64,000 bases of DNA, from NCBI GenBank assembly GCA_963675665.1, contig OY776510.1, positions 1,024,001-1,088,000 of the forward strand, in the 5' to 3' direction. The stretch comes from Spirochaetia bacterium (GTDB taxonomy: Bacteria > Spirochaetota > Spirochaetia > UBA9216). Each line of letters starts with the position of its first letter. Within the stretch, counting starts at the first letter, position 1. The position numbers and the translations under genes were made by a program. Shown here piece after piece: positions 47,024 through 57,069 of this stretch. The notes beneath the pieces were generated by a model. It was not told the origin of the DNA, ran no database searches, and saw only the letters and a list, made by a program, of their open reading frames with translations.

Positions 47024-47746
47024 ATGGATGTTTCTTTTTCAAACGATTATGACTATTTGATGGATAATCATAAAACCTTATCCGTTAAAGTTTATGATAT
47101 GATTCTGAATCTCATTATCGAAGGGAAGTTGAAGGTTGATGAAAGAATCAATTCCGATTTAATAGCAAAATCCTTTAGTGTGAGCAGAACCCCGGTTAGA
47201 GAAGCATTAAAATCATTGGAAAAGACAGGACTTGTTCATTTTAAATCGTATTCAGGCGCCTATGTAAAAAAACTGACTGTAGAGGAAATCGAAGAGATTT
47301 ACAGTATCAGAAAAATTCTGGAGTCGTTTGCATTGAAAGAAGCTATTGATAATGTTTGTGAAAATGATATCAGCAGATTATATAAAATTCAGAATAAAAT
47401 AGAAGTCCTGATCGAAAACGAACCGGTGGACGTCAAAAAAGTTTATGATTTGAATGCATTATTTCATATGACGTTATATAAAATTTCCAAGATGCCGAAA
47501 CTCTGCGAAATGATAGAAACCTTATGGATCAACCTGTCTCTTTACCGGTTTCTTTTAGCCAGCAAGGAAAGTTATTCTGATACAATAAAAACCGAGCACC
47601 AGGATTATATTGATTGTCTCAAAAATAAGGATAAGGATAAAATAATTTCAATTATTCAGAGAAATCTTGATAATCATCTAAAAAAAGTCCCGGCGCTTGT
47701 GAATGATTATTATTTATCTCTTGAAAAAGGCACAGTTCTTCTTTGA
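47024..47746 (+). CDS. GntR family regulator (FCD effector domain)
   Basis: VSRTPVREAL wHTH; FH...H...H FCD pattern. Confidence 0.92.
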   Translation: MDVSFSNDYDYLMDNHKTLSVKVYDMILNLIIEGKLKVDERINSDLIAKSFSVSRTPVREALKSLEKTGLVHFKSYSGAYVKKLTVEEIEEIYSIRKILESFALKEAIDNVCENDISRLYKIQNKIEVLIENEPVDVKKVYDLNALFHMTLYKISKMPKLCEMIETLWINLSLYRFLLASKESYSDTIKTEHQDYIDCLKNKDKDKIISIIQRNLDNHLKKVPALVNDYYLSLEKGTVLL

Positions 47747-47815
47747 TTTTGAATATTCTATATAAACAAATATATATAAAACGAAAATCCATGTAACAAG
47801 TATTTTTAAAATTTC

Positions 47816-47880
47816 TTGACAATCCTTTGTCAGTGGTTTATAGTATTGTATCCAATACACAATATCCACTATATTGGATA
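47816..47880 (+). promoter_or_regulatory. Sigma70 promoter of the TRAP operon with downstream palindromic GntR-type operators
   Basis: TTGACA (47816-21), 17 bp, TATAGT (47839-44). Palindromes TATTGTATCCAATA (47844-57) and TATCCA-ctatat-TGGATA (47863-80). ACAATATCCA also occurs upstream of gntR (46991-47000). Confidence 0.65.
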
Positions 47881-47992
47881 ATATAAAACCTTGTATAATT
47901 GCTTAATATACAATTAGGTAAAGAGCCATGTCCGGATGGAATTTTAAAGACGAATTCTGTTCGGTATGGATTAAAAAACTATCAGGAGGAAG

Positions 47993-49105
47993 ATGATGAA
48001 AAAAACTGGTTACAATAAGGCTGTGGTTATGATCATAAGCTTGTTGCTGACACTGTTTGTATTGGTCGGCTGCGAAAAAGGAGAGTCGGCACAAAAGGAA
48101 GATACAGGATCTGGAAAGAAGACCATTACTCTTCGAATAAGCGGGGGGCAGCCTGAATCTGCACCTATGGTTGAGTATGTCAGTAATTACTTCTGTGATG
48201 AGGTCGCCAGGCAGGTTGCTGAAAAGACTGATTATGAAATTGAATGGATGAAGGGCTGGGCCGGTTCCATGGTTAAGCTGGGAGAAGCATTGGAAGGTAT
48301 TGAAGCCGGTATAGTGGATATTGGTATTTCGGTTATTCCTCTTGAACCGGCAAAAGCCAAGCTATGGAATATGTTCTATTATATGCCGTTTGCCAGCTAT
48401 GATTCTACAATAGGCGTTAAGGTTGTAATGGAAATGATAGATAAATATCCTCAATTTTCCGGGCTTTTTGATGAATATAATATAAAATTTATAGGAGTCG
48501 GGCATACAGAACCTTACGGACTGTTCTCATCCTATAAAATTACTTCAGTGAAAGATCTAGACGGAGAAAAGGTTGGAGCCGCCGGTGCAAATCTTACCTG
48601 GGTTGAAGGATCTGGCGCAGCTTCTGTTCAATCTCCTCTGCCGGAAATGTATACAAGTATCCAAACCGGCGTTTATAAGGTAGGTATTCAGCCGGCTTCA
48701 ATGGCTATTAATGTACAGGCACATGAAGTTGCGCCGTTTATCGTAGACGGGTTTTCCTCCATTCCCTGTGATTTACTCCTTATGAATAAAGATTCTTTTG
48801 CAAAATTACCACCGGAAGTTCAGGAGATCTTTGTTTCTGTTGGAAAAAGTTATACAGCTACCGAGGCGCAATTTGTAATGGATTCTTATGCGGCATGTCG
48901 GGAAAGAGCAATTGAAGAAGGCGCAACAGTTCATTCACTTTCTTATGAAGAAAAGGTTGAATGGGCTAACCAGATTCCTAATTCTGTCGGCAAACTGGTA
49001 AAAGAACTGGAGGATATGGGATATCCAGCTGCAGAAATGGCTGATTTTTATTACAGCGAGTTAGCTAAGGCGGGAGTAAAGCAGGTTAGAAAGTGGGAAT
49101 ACTAG
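47993..49105 (+). CDS. dctP: TRAP transporter substrate-binding lipoprotein DctP
   Basis: Lipobox LVGC; DLDGEK, EMYTSIQTGV, MNKDSFAKLPPEVQ. Confidence 0.88.
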   Translation: MMKKTGYNKAVVMIISLLLTLFVLVGCEKGESAQKEDTGSGKKTITLRISGGQPESAPMVEYVSNYFCDEVARQVAEKTDYEIEWMKGWAGSMVKLGEALEGIEAGIVDIGISVIPLEPAKAKLWNMFYYMPFASYDSTIGVKVVMEMIDKYPQFSGLFDEYNIKFIGVGHTEPYGLFSSYKITSVKDLDGEKVGAAGANLTWVEGSGAASVQSPLPEMYTSIQTGVYKVGIQPASMAINVQAHEVAPFIVDGFSSIPCDLLLMNKDSFAKLPPEVQEIFVSVGKSYTATEAQFVMDSYAACRERAIEEGATVHSLSYEEKVEWANQIPNSVGKLVKELEDMGYPAAEMADFYYSELAKAGVKQVRKWEY

Positions 49106-49136
49106 AAGTCAGGTCAAACTGATACTGATTTGGTTC

Positions 49137-49169
49137 AATGAGAGATAAGACTTGTTCTTATCTCTCATT
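49137..49169 (+). terminator. Intercistronic stem-loop after dctP
   Basis: Perfect 14-bp stem AATGAGAGATAAGA-cttgt-TCTTATCTCTCATT. Confidence 0.65.
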
Positions 49170-49231
49170 ATCTGAAACGGCTGTATTCGGATTGTAAGTC
49201 ATATTGAAGATATTATGGGGGTGGTAATGTT

Positions 49232-49774
49232 ATGATAGATACATTTTTACATATAGATAGGGTTAAAACCAGGGGACTGGAAATCATGAACACAATCGCC
49301 TGTTTCTGGATTTTTATTCTGATGATTTTAATTGCTATAGATGTGTTGGGCAGGGTTTTATTCAATACCCCATTTAAGGGAACGCCCGAACTTGTAAGTA
49401 ATTCAATTCTTGCTATTACTTTTCTTGAAATCCCATATGTACTTCATCGTGGAAATCATGTAAAGAGCACATTGCTGCTGGACAGGATGAAACCGATGCC
49501 GAAGTTTATTTTTGAAACGGCAGCTTTCATAATCGGAATAGTAATGATGATATTTTTAATAAAATCAAGCTGGCCGGCATTTATTAAAGCCGTTCAGATT
49601 GGAGAATACGAAGGAGAAGGGGCTTTGAGAGTTCCAACTTCTCCAACAAGAGGCATCATAATATTCGGATCAGTTTTGATGATTGTGGAATATCTTTTTC
49701 TGGTGATTAAGCGGATTCTGATATTTACAGAAAAAATTGATGAATCAAATATCATTGAAGAAGGGAGCCACTAA
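49232..49774 (+). CDS. dctQ: TRAP transporter small permease DctQ
   Basis: DVLGR-LFN-P-G-PEL, HV motif, 4 TM. Confidence 0.9.
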   Translation: MIDTFLHIDRVKTRGLEIMNTIACFWIFILMILIAIDVLGRVLFNTPFKGTPELVSNSILAITFLEIPYVLHRGNHVKSTLLLDRMKPMPKFIFETAAFIIGIVMMIFLIKSSWPAFIKAVQIGEYEGEGALRVPTSPTRGIIIFGSVLMIVEYLFLVIKRILIFTEKIDESNIIEEGSH

Positions 49775-49776
49775 AA

Positions 49777-51099
49777 ATGAGTATTGGGTTAATAATATTA
49801 ATTACACTGGTTTTATTATTTTTACTTGTTATAAGCGGCGTTCATCTGGCCATTTCTCTGATGTTGACATCAATTGTAACAATGTATCTTTCGTTTGGAG
49901 ACCTGGGATTAGCAATTAAGCTTTTGGGAACTACAACATTCAGCTCTATTCGCGAATATACGTTTGGAGTTATCCCTTTATTTGTACTTATGGGGCTGTT
50001 TGCCAACCTGTCGGGAGCCAGCAGGGAATTATATGATTCTGCCGGTTTGCTGTTGAAACGGGTAAGAGGCGGCGTCGGAATAGGAACAATTATCGCCAAT
50101 GCAATTTTTGCGGCAATTACCGGCGTATCGATTGCATCTGCAGCAGTCTTTACAAAAATTGCCATACCGCAGATGTCGAGGCTGGGCTATGATAAAAAAT
50201 TTGCAGTAGGGACTGTCACGGGAAGTTCCATTCTAGGTATGCTTATTCCTCCCAGCATCTTAATGATTGTGTACGGCTCCGTATCTGAGGTTTCAATAGG
50301 CTCTTTATTTGTAGCCGGTGTTATTCCCGGGCTGATTATGTCTCTTGCTTTTGTTGTTGTAGTGATTGCCGTAAGCAGAATAAAAAAAGATGCAATTCCT
50401 CCGGTTATCCCTCTGACGGATTATGAGAAAGATAATTTTTGGAAGATTGTTTCAAAGCCCTGGGCCATTACCATTTTAATAATGATTTCTCTGGGCGGAA
50501 TCTGGCTGGGCTTTTTTACACCTACTGAAGCTGGCGGAATAGGTGCATTAGGCGCCCTTATAATTGCAGTAATTAAAAGAAAAGCTAATATTAAAAATAT
50601 CTGGGAAACATTGCTGTCTGCCGGAGCTACTACGGGAAGTGTGCTGATACTTCTGGTTACTGCCCAGATGTATTCAAAAGCACTGGCGTTGAGCGGAGCT
50701 TTGAATCTGATTCATGTTTTTATAATCGGGTTAAATGTACCGCCGTTGATAATCATTTTTATATTCATGCTTATTCTGGTAGCACTCGGATGTATTCTTG
50801 ATCCGACTTCAATCATCCTGCTGACAATGCCGGTTATGGTTCCTATTGTCAATTCATTTGAAATGAGCCTGGTATGGTTCGGTATTGTGGGAATTATAGC
50901 GACGGAAACCGGATTGCTCACGCCTCCGTTCGGAATATCCGTTTATACGGTTAAATCCGCTCTTAATGGTATTCCCGAGGCCGAAGGGCTTACCGTCGAA
51001 GATATTTTTTCGGGTTCGTTCCCGTTTCTTTTGGCAATGTTTGCTGTGCTGATTCTTCTGGTGGTTGTACCTGACTTGGTTACGATTCTTCTTGGATGA
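49777..51099 (+). CDS. dctM: TRAP transporter large permease DctM
   Basis: IPLFVLMG, FAAITGVS, LGMLIPPS, FTPTEAG, LTPPFG. Confidence 0.93.
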   Translation: MSIGLIILITLVLLFLLVISGVHLAISLMLTSIVTMYLSFGDLGLAIKLLGTTTFSSIREYTFGVIPLFVLMGLFANLSGASRELYDSAGLLLKRVRGGVGIGTIIANAIFAAITGVSIASAAVFTKIAIPQMSRLGYDKKFAVGTVTGSSILGMLIPPSILMIVYGSVSEVSIGSLFVAGVIPGLIMSLAFVVVVIAVSRIKKDAIPPVIPLTDYEKDNFWKIVSKPWAITILIMISLGGIWLGFFTPTEAGGIGALGALIIAVIKRKANIKNIWETLLSAGATTGSVLILLVTAQMYSKALALSGALNLIHVFIIGLNVPPLIIIFIFMLILVALGCILDPTSIILLTMPVMVPIVNSFEMSLVWFGIVGIIATETGLLTPPFGISVYTVKSALNGIPEAEGLTVEDIFSGSFPFLLAMFAVLILLVVVPDLVTILLG

Positions 51100-51152
51100 T
51101 GCGGAAAAACAACGATTTTAAAACCTGGTTTGATATTTGAGGAGAATAAAAT

Positions 51153-51959
51153 ATGACTAAATTAACTGTGAGACCTATAAACACAGGTTATGTCACTTCA
51201 ATAAAAACACAATACTGGTATCACCATTCGGTAATAAAATATTATCCTGATGCAACGGATGAAAGAATTGATATGCCGTGTTTCACTTTCCTGATTGAGG
51301 GCGGGGACAAGCTGTTGCTGGTTGATACCGGAATGGCCTGGAGCGAGCGGGCAAGCAATTATCATCATCCGGGCTCCAGGCAGCCTGAGGGAATGGCAAT
51401 CTATGAACAGCTTGAAAAAATAGGTTACAAGCCGGAAGACATAGAGATTGTCATTTTTACTCATTTGCATTGGGACCATTGCTATTATGCTGATAAATTT
51501 ACAAATGCAGAATTTTATGTTCATAAAAAAGAATATGAAACAGCCTTTAACCCGATTCCCCTTTACTATAAATCTTATGAACATCCTGAAACAGGAATTG
51601 AAAAAAGGCAGTTTGAGGATTTGGATTTCATTATAATAACAGGAGAACGCGAAATTATTGATGGTGTAAGAGTCTTTGAAACGCCGGGCCATTCTCCGGG
51701 GCATATATCGGTAGAGGTTGATACAGCCAATGGTTTATATATATGCGCAGGTGATTCGGTTTTTGTTCCTGATAATATGAAGCCGGTACCGGAAATGCAT
51801 TATAATCTTACTCCTCCGGGAAGGTTTTATAATATTATTGAGACCTGGAACAGTATAGAACTGCAGAAAGAACGTACACAGGATAATAGTTTTATACTTT
51901 GCTGTCATGATATTTCACTTGAGGAAGTTGTTAAAAAGACACCTGTGTTAGGACTATAA
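51153..51959 (+). CDS. MBL-fold lactonase (AiiA/AttM, N-acyl-homoserine lactonase family)
   Basis: LVDTG, THLHWDH, TPGHSPGH, AGD, CHD. Confidence 0.88.
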   Translation: MTKLTVRPINTGYVTSIKTQYWYHHSVIKYYPDATDERIDMPCFTFLIEGGDKLLLVDTGMAWSERASNYHHPGSRQPEGMAIYEQLEKIGYKPEDIEIVIFTHLHWDHCYYADKFTNAEFYVHKKEYETAFNPIPLYYKSYEHPETGIEKRQFEDLDFIIITGEREIIDGVRVFETPGHSPGHISVEVDTANGLYICAGDSVFVPDNMKPVPEMHYNLTPPGRFYNIIETWNSIELQKERTQDNSFILCCHDISLEEVVKKTPVLGL

Positions 51960-51995
51960 TATAATCATAAACTCGATTTGGGAGTGGATAACTTA

Positions 51996-53240
51996 ATGAA
52001 AACCTTAGTTGTTGTCGGATCCATGGACACCAAGGAATCTGAACTTTCTTATGTATGCAACGAAATCAGGCAGAGGGGCTACCGATCTCTTCTGCTTGAC
52101 GTTAGCACCAGCAAGGGCCATTTAAGCAAGGCGGATTACACCAGGGAGATGGTTGCTCTGGAAGGGGGAACTGTCTGGGAGCAGACTGTTGGAATGGAAA
52201 AGCATGAGCTGCTGAATGTTATGTGCGTCGGACTAAAGGTGCTGACTGCAAAATTATACAGTGAAGGCAATCTGGACGGTATTATTGCATTGGGAGGACT
52301 GCAGAACACGACAATGGGATCCTCAGCAATGTTTGGTTTGCCAATCGGTGTTCCAAAATTAATTGTATCAACTGTAGCTACCGGAAAAAGAACCTTCGAC
52401 AGGATTGTCGGATCTAAAGATATTACAGTAATGCCGTCGCCGTCGGATTTTACCGGTGTAAATTCAATCAGCAAGGTTGTTCTTGATAATGCTGTTGCGG
52501 CAATCCTGGGAATGGCCGAATTCGCCGGTCGTGAAATTCCCGCCTCGAACAAGATGAGAATCGGAACTACCCTTATGGGGGCAACCAATGACGGAATTAC
52601 AAATGCTGTAGATATTATGCAGAATAAAGGCTATGAGGTGGTTAGTTTCCACTCGACCGGCACCGGTGGAAGGGTGATGGAGGAATTGATTCAGGCGGAT
52701 GTTATTAATGCCGTAATGGATTTAACTCTGCATGAAGTGGTTTATGAGTATTTCGGTTACGGATTCGGTTATGGGGCAAACGGCCGGCTGATCACAGGAG
52801 CTGAAAAAGGTATTCCGATGCTTGTCTGTCCTGCCGGGATTGATTTTATGTGTCAGTGGCCTAATGAACTTTTTGAAGATATTGATCAAAGAAAATACAT
52901 CTGGCATAATCCGGCCCTCGCGCATGTCAAGCTTAACAAGAAAGAAGTTGTTGAAATATCTAAAATTATTGTTCAGCGGCTTAACCAGGCAAAGGGGAAG
53001 GTTATAGTTGTTATTCCGACGAAAGGGTTTCGATCTTTTTCCCAGCCGGGAGAAGCTTTGTACGATCCGGAAGTTGATCAGGCAATTATAGATGTGTTTA
53101 AAAATGAACTGAGAAGCAATATTCCGATAAAGTATGTTGATGCAAATCTGATGGATTTGAAATTTTCCGAATTTGTTGTCGGTGAAATGATTGATTTGTT
53201 GAAGAATGTGCAGAGGGAACAAAGAAATGAAAACGATTGA
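51996..53240 (+). CDS. Tm-1-like ATP-binding domain protein (UPF0261)
   Basis: GSMDTK-SE, LPIGVPKLIVST, FHSTGTGG, DLTLHE; ATG 51996. Confidence 0.88.
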   Translation: MKTLVVVGSMDTKESELSYVCNEIRQRGYRSLLLDVSTSKGHLSKADYTREMVALEGGTVWEQTVGMEKHELLNVMCVGLKVLTAKLYSEGNLDGIIALGGLQNTTMGSSAMFGLPIGVPKLIVSTVATGKRTFDRIVGSKDITVMPSPSDFTGVNSISKVVLDNAVAAILGMAEFAGREIPASNKMRIGTTLMGATNDGITNAVDIMQNKGYEVVSFHSTGTGGRVMEELIQADVINAVMDLTLHEVVYEYFGYGFGYGANGRLITGAEKGIPMLVCPAGIDFMCQWPNELFEDIDQRKYIWHNPALAHVKLNKKEVVEISKIIVQRLNQAKGKVIVVIPTKGFRSFSQPGEALYDPEVDQAIIDVFKNELRSNIPIKYVDANLMDLKFSEFVVGEMIDLLKNVQREQRNEND

Positions 53241-53841
53241 AGAAATAAAAGATAATATGGTCTTTATCGCGAGACGATGCAGCGCCCGAAATGCTCAAAC
53301 GGGAAACGGCGGGAATATCAGTGTAAAAACAGGTAAAAACGAAATGCTGATAATGGCCAGTCATGCTTCTTTTGCCGACTGCACTACTTCCAGTTTCGTT
53401 ACAGTAGATTTTGACGGTTCATTGATTGAAGGGGACTTGCCGCCTTCCCGGGAGTGTTTTCTTCATTCGGCGATTTACAAAAAATTCGGCCATGTTAATG
53501 CGATTGTTCATTGCCATCTTCCTTATGCAACAGCCTGGGCGTCCACAATGGTTCCGTTGCCGTTTTCTACCTACCATGCTGAAAAAAAGCTGGAGAGGAA
53601 ACTGAAAGTTTTTGATACCGGAAGCTATATTGTAACAAAAGAAAATATTGACAGAATTATGGATCAATTGGATGAAAGTCCGGAAACAAAAGGCTTTTTG
53701 TTGAAAAAACATGGAGCATTTGCCTTCGGCGTTGATGTTTTTGAAGCAAATTATATGTCGGAATTGATAGAGGAAACAGCGCAGATACAAATTCTTAGCG
53801 GGTTGATTCCTGAAAGAGCGCGAATAACGACAATGGGGTAA
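53227..53841 (+). CDS. Class II aldolase/adducin family protein
   Basis: GGNISV, PSRE-FLH, VHCH, KHG, EETA; ATG 53227. Confidence 0.88.
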   Translation: MKTIEEIKDNMVFIARRCSARNAQTGNGGNISVKTGKNEMLIMASHASFADCTTSSFVTVDFDGSLIEGDLPPSRECFLHSAIYKKFGHVNAIVHCHLPYATAWASTMVPLPFSTYHAEKKLERKLKVFDTGSYIVTKENIDRIMDQLDESPETKGFLLKKHGAFAFGVDVFEANYMSELIEETAQIQILSGLIPERARITTMG

Positions 53842-53843
53842 TT

Positions 53844-54140
53844 ATGGATTTTAATATGGAAGAATGCGGGGGGTGCCAGACTTGCGAGATTGCATGTTCC
53901 TTTAAGCTGACCGGCGAATTTAATCCTTTGGTGTCGAGTATGGAAATTATCGAACTTGATGGAATGCCGGGCTATAAGGTCAGAATTTACGAAGACAATG
54001 ACGGGAACAGAATCGGTTGCGACGGATGTCTCAATGTTGATGGAGATCCGTACTGTGTTCAGTACTGTCACAAGCCTGTTGAATTGAAGGAAATTATTTA
54101 CAGATACAGAACCATGAAAAATATAAAGAGTAATGATTGA
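53844..54140 (+). CDS. 4Fe-4S ferredoxin-like AOR partner subunit
   Basis: CGGCQTCEIACS and CDGC...PYCVQYC. Confidence 0.85.
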   Translation: MDFNMEECGGCQTCEIACSFKLTGEFNPLVSSMEIIELDGMPGYKVRIYEDNDGNRIGCDGCLNVDGDPYCVQYCHKPVELKEIIYRYRTMKNIKSND

Positions 54141-54151
54141 GAGATTGTAAT

Positions 54152-56083
54152 ATGGAAGAATGCTATGGATTTACGGGAAAAACATTAAGGATAAACCTTT
54201 CGAATAAGGAAATCACGGTTGAAGATAATTCAAAATATTTCAGGGAGTGGCTGAATGCAAGCGGATATGCAGCAAAAATTATCTATGATGAACTTAAAGA
54301 ATGGGTTACCCCGTTTGACCCTGCCAATAAAGTTATTTTTTCCGCCGGTACATTGATCGGAACATTGGCACCCGGAGCATGTAAAATGAATATAAGCACA
54401 ATCGGGCCCATGACCGGCGGATGGGCTACATCTTTCAGCGACAGCTATGTTGCAATGGAATTAAAACACGCCGGGTATGATTCGGTAATAGTTGAAGGAA
54501 AATCACATTATCCCTGCTATTTATGGATAACCGACGAGGTCGTAGAAATTCGTGATGCGTCGGCTTTATGGGGGAAGGATACCTGGGAAACTCTTGAAGC
54601 AGTGCGTAAAGAATTAAATGATAAAAAATTACATGCTGTTTCTATCGGGCCTGCCGGAGAAAACCTTGTAAGGGGAGCTTCCGTTATACACGACAGAAAC
54701 CGGGGCTTTGGCCGCTGCGGGATCGGGGCCGTAATGGGTTCTAAAAATCTCAAGGCCCTGGTTTGTAAAGGGAAATTACCGGTAAAAGTGGCGGATAAGG
54801 AGCGGTTCATAAAAAAAGCAGGTGAATGCCGCAAGCGTATTCTTGCAGCGGCAAATACCGAACGATTTGCAAAATACAGTACGCTTGGAATTTTCCAGAA
54901 GAAACAGGAAATGGGTGCAATATCGTATAAAAACTGCCAGGAAAGCGTCTTTCCGGAAGATACCGATATTTCGATGGATCCTGCTCTGGTTGTCGATAAA
55001 TATTCCGTTGCAAAACAGAATTTCCCTGGCTGTCCCATCGGCTGTTCGCGTTATATGGAAATAACGGACGGCCCCTATAAGGGCCTGGTAACCGAAGGTA
55101 ATCATTGGGAACCCTTCGGGACAATAGTTGCGCGGTGCGGATGCAAGGAACCGACTTTTATGGTAAAGGTCAGCGCATACTGTAATCAGATGGGTGTAGA
55201 TTTTAACCTGGCAGGCAACACCATTGCCTGGGCTATGGAATGTTACCAGAGAGGAATTCTTACCGAAAAAGACACCGACGGTATGACCCTGGAATGGGGA
55301 GACGAACCTGTAATACTCGAATTAATCAGAAAAATATCCTACAGAGAAGGGTTCGGGAATATTCTGGCCGAAGGGGTTAAAAGGGCTTCGGATCTTGTCG
55401 GCCGCGGCAGTTCATATTATGCAATGCATTTAAAGGGGCAGGATTTATATGAGTCTCTAAGGGGCTCAAATGCCTGGGCCCTGGGTGCGGCTGTGTCTAC
55501 CAGGGGAGGCGGTCATACAACCGGCACCTGCGGCTTCGAACAGATGTTGAAAGTGGATAATGAAAAGGCCTACGAGATTCTCGGCGTCAGAAACGTGGAT
55601 GATCCGCTGACTTACGACGGGAAGGCTGAAGTGACCTATCTTTATGAAGTTTTGCACAGAATCAACAACTGTACGGGAATCTGTCATCAGAACACGGTTT
55701 ATAATAATCTGGATTATATAAATATTGATGATCTGGCAAAATTGCTTTCTGCCGCAACAGGTATTGAATTTACTGTCGACGATCTTGAAGATTGCGCCAT
55801 GAGGCAGTTGAACCTGGAAAAAGCGATAAATGCGCGATTCACTCAATTCGGAAGGGAAGATGATTTACCTACATTGCGCGAACAAAATGAACCTTTGAGA
55901 AAAGGAAAAATGGACGGCTGGAAGCTTGATATGGACAAGTGGAATGAAATGCTGGACAGATATTATGATCTTCACGGATGGGACAGGGAAACCTCTTATC
56001 CGACACGAAGCATCCTGGAAAAATACAGTCTCGGGTATGTTGCCGATGAGCTTGAAGCAATAGGGAAACTCGGCAAAGAATAA
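54152..56083 (+). CDS. aor: Aldehyde:ferredoxin oxidoreductase (W/Mo AOR family)
   Basis: YGFTGKTLRINLS, IGPAGENLV, GRCGIGAVMGSKNLKA, CPIGC, MECYQRG, YYDLHGWD. ATG 54152 (alternative TTG 54137). Confidence 0.92.
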   Translation: MEECYGFTGKTLRINLSNKEITVEDNSKYFREWLNASGYAAKIIYDELKEWVTPFDPANKVIFSAGTLIGTLAPGACKMNISTIGPMTGGWATSFSDSYVAMELKHAGYDSVIVEGKSHYPCYLWITDEVVEIRDASALWGKDTWETLEAVRKELNDKKLHAVSIGPAGENLVRGASVIHDRNRGFGRCGIGAVMGSKNLKALVCKGKLPVKVADKERFIKKAGECRKRILAAANTERFAKYSTLGIFQKKQEMGAISYKNCQESVFPEDTDISMDPALVVDKYSVAKQNFPGCPIGCSRYMEITDGPYKGLVTEGNHWEPFGTIVARCGCKEPTFMVKVSAYCNQMGVDFNLAGNTIAWAMECYQRGILTEKDTDGMTLEWGDEPVILELIRKISYREGFGNILAEGVKRASDLVGRGSSYYAMHLKGQDLYESLRGSNAWALGAAVSTRGGGHTTGTCGFEQMLKVDNEKAYEILGVRNVDDPLTYDGKAEVTYLYEVLHRINNCTGICHQNTVYNNLDYINIDDLAKLLSAATGIEFTVDDLEDCAMRQLNLEKAINARFTQFGREDDLPTLREQNEPLRKGKMDGWKLDMDKWNEMLDRYYDLHGWDRETSYPTRSILEKYSLGYVADELEAIGKLGKE

Positions 56084-56111
56084 AAAAAGGAGCGTCGCCG
56101 CTCCTTTTTTT
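56082..56111. terminator. Bidirectional rho-independent terminator
   Basis: AAAAAAAGGAGCG-tcgc-CGCTCCTTTTTTT between convergent operons. Confidence 0.9.
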
Positions 56112-56124
56112 GTTACCGGACAAA

Positions 56125-57069
56125 TTATAGATATTTCTTTTTTTGAATATTTGCCGAGTCGATGATGATGATAAGAATCAACAACAGACCCCTGATTATT
56201 TCCTGAACAAAAGGGGATATTTTCATTATTACCATTGCATTATTCATAATCCCGAGAAGAATTATACCCTGAAAAGCCTTTACAATACTTCCTTCCCCGC
56301 CGTCCATGCTTATTCCGCCGAGCAGAACGGCTGTGATAACCAGTACGTTGGAATATTGGCCTATATTTCCCGACGCAATATTCAGTTTTGCGGCCAGCAT
56401 AACCCCGGCAAAGCCCGAAAGAATGCCGGTTATTACAAAGCAGAGAATCCTTATTTTATCTACCTTGATTCCGAAAAAACGGCTTGCCGTCGGGTTTCCT
56501 CCTACCGCAAAAATGCTTCTGCCGAAAAAGGTCTTCTGCAGAATGATTTCGAATATAATTACAAGCGCGATAAACAGAATTACCGGAAGAGGAATATTCA
56601 TGATTTTGGTCTGCGACAGCACGGCAAAAGCCTCATTGGTTCCGGTAAGGGTATGCTCCTTTGTCAGAGCGAAAACAATACCTTTCAGTAAAATCATTAT
56701 TCCGAGCGTAACCGCTATGGAGGGCAGTTTCAGTTTCGTTACAAACAGGCCGTTTATCAGTCCGAAGACAAGTCCGCCGATAATGCCCGCCAGCAGGCCG
56801 GGAAAGACACCGAAAGGCTGAAAAATTATCGCCAGAACGGAGCCGAAGGCCATTATGGAACCGACCGAGAGGTCAATTTCTCCAAGAATAATTAATAAAG
56901 CCATTCCTATAGCTATCATTCCTTCATACGACATTGCCAGAAATATATTCGTTATATTCTGAAAGGTGAGAAAATATCTGGAGCGGAACGACAGATATAA
57001 TCCTATAGCTATAATAATTAATACTATTTTTTGATCTATAACAAAATTCTTTATCTTATCAGTTTTCAC
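56125..57069 (-). CDS. Sugar ABC transporter permease
   Basis: EIDLSVG, FAVGGNPTASRFFGI, TAVLLGG. Confidence 0.92.
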   Translation of the reverse strand: MKTDKIKNFVIDQKIVLIIIAIGLYLSFRSRYFLTFQNITNIFLAMSYEGMIAIGMALLIILGEIDLSVGSIMAFGSVLAIIFQPFGVFPGLLAGIIGGLVFGLINGLFVTKLKLPSIAVTLGIMILLKGIVFALTKEHTLTGTNEAFAVLSQTKIMNIPLPVILFIALVIIFEIILQKTFFGRSIFAVGGNPTASRFFGIKVDKIRILCFVITGILSGFAGVMLAAKLNIASGNIGQYSNVLVITAVLLGGISMDGGEGSIVKAFQGIILLGIMNNAMVIMKISPFVQEIIRGLLLILIIIIDSANIQKKKYL

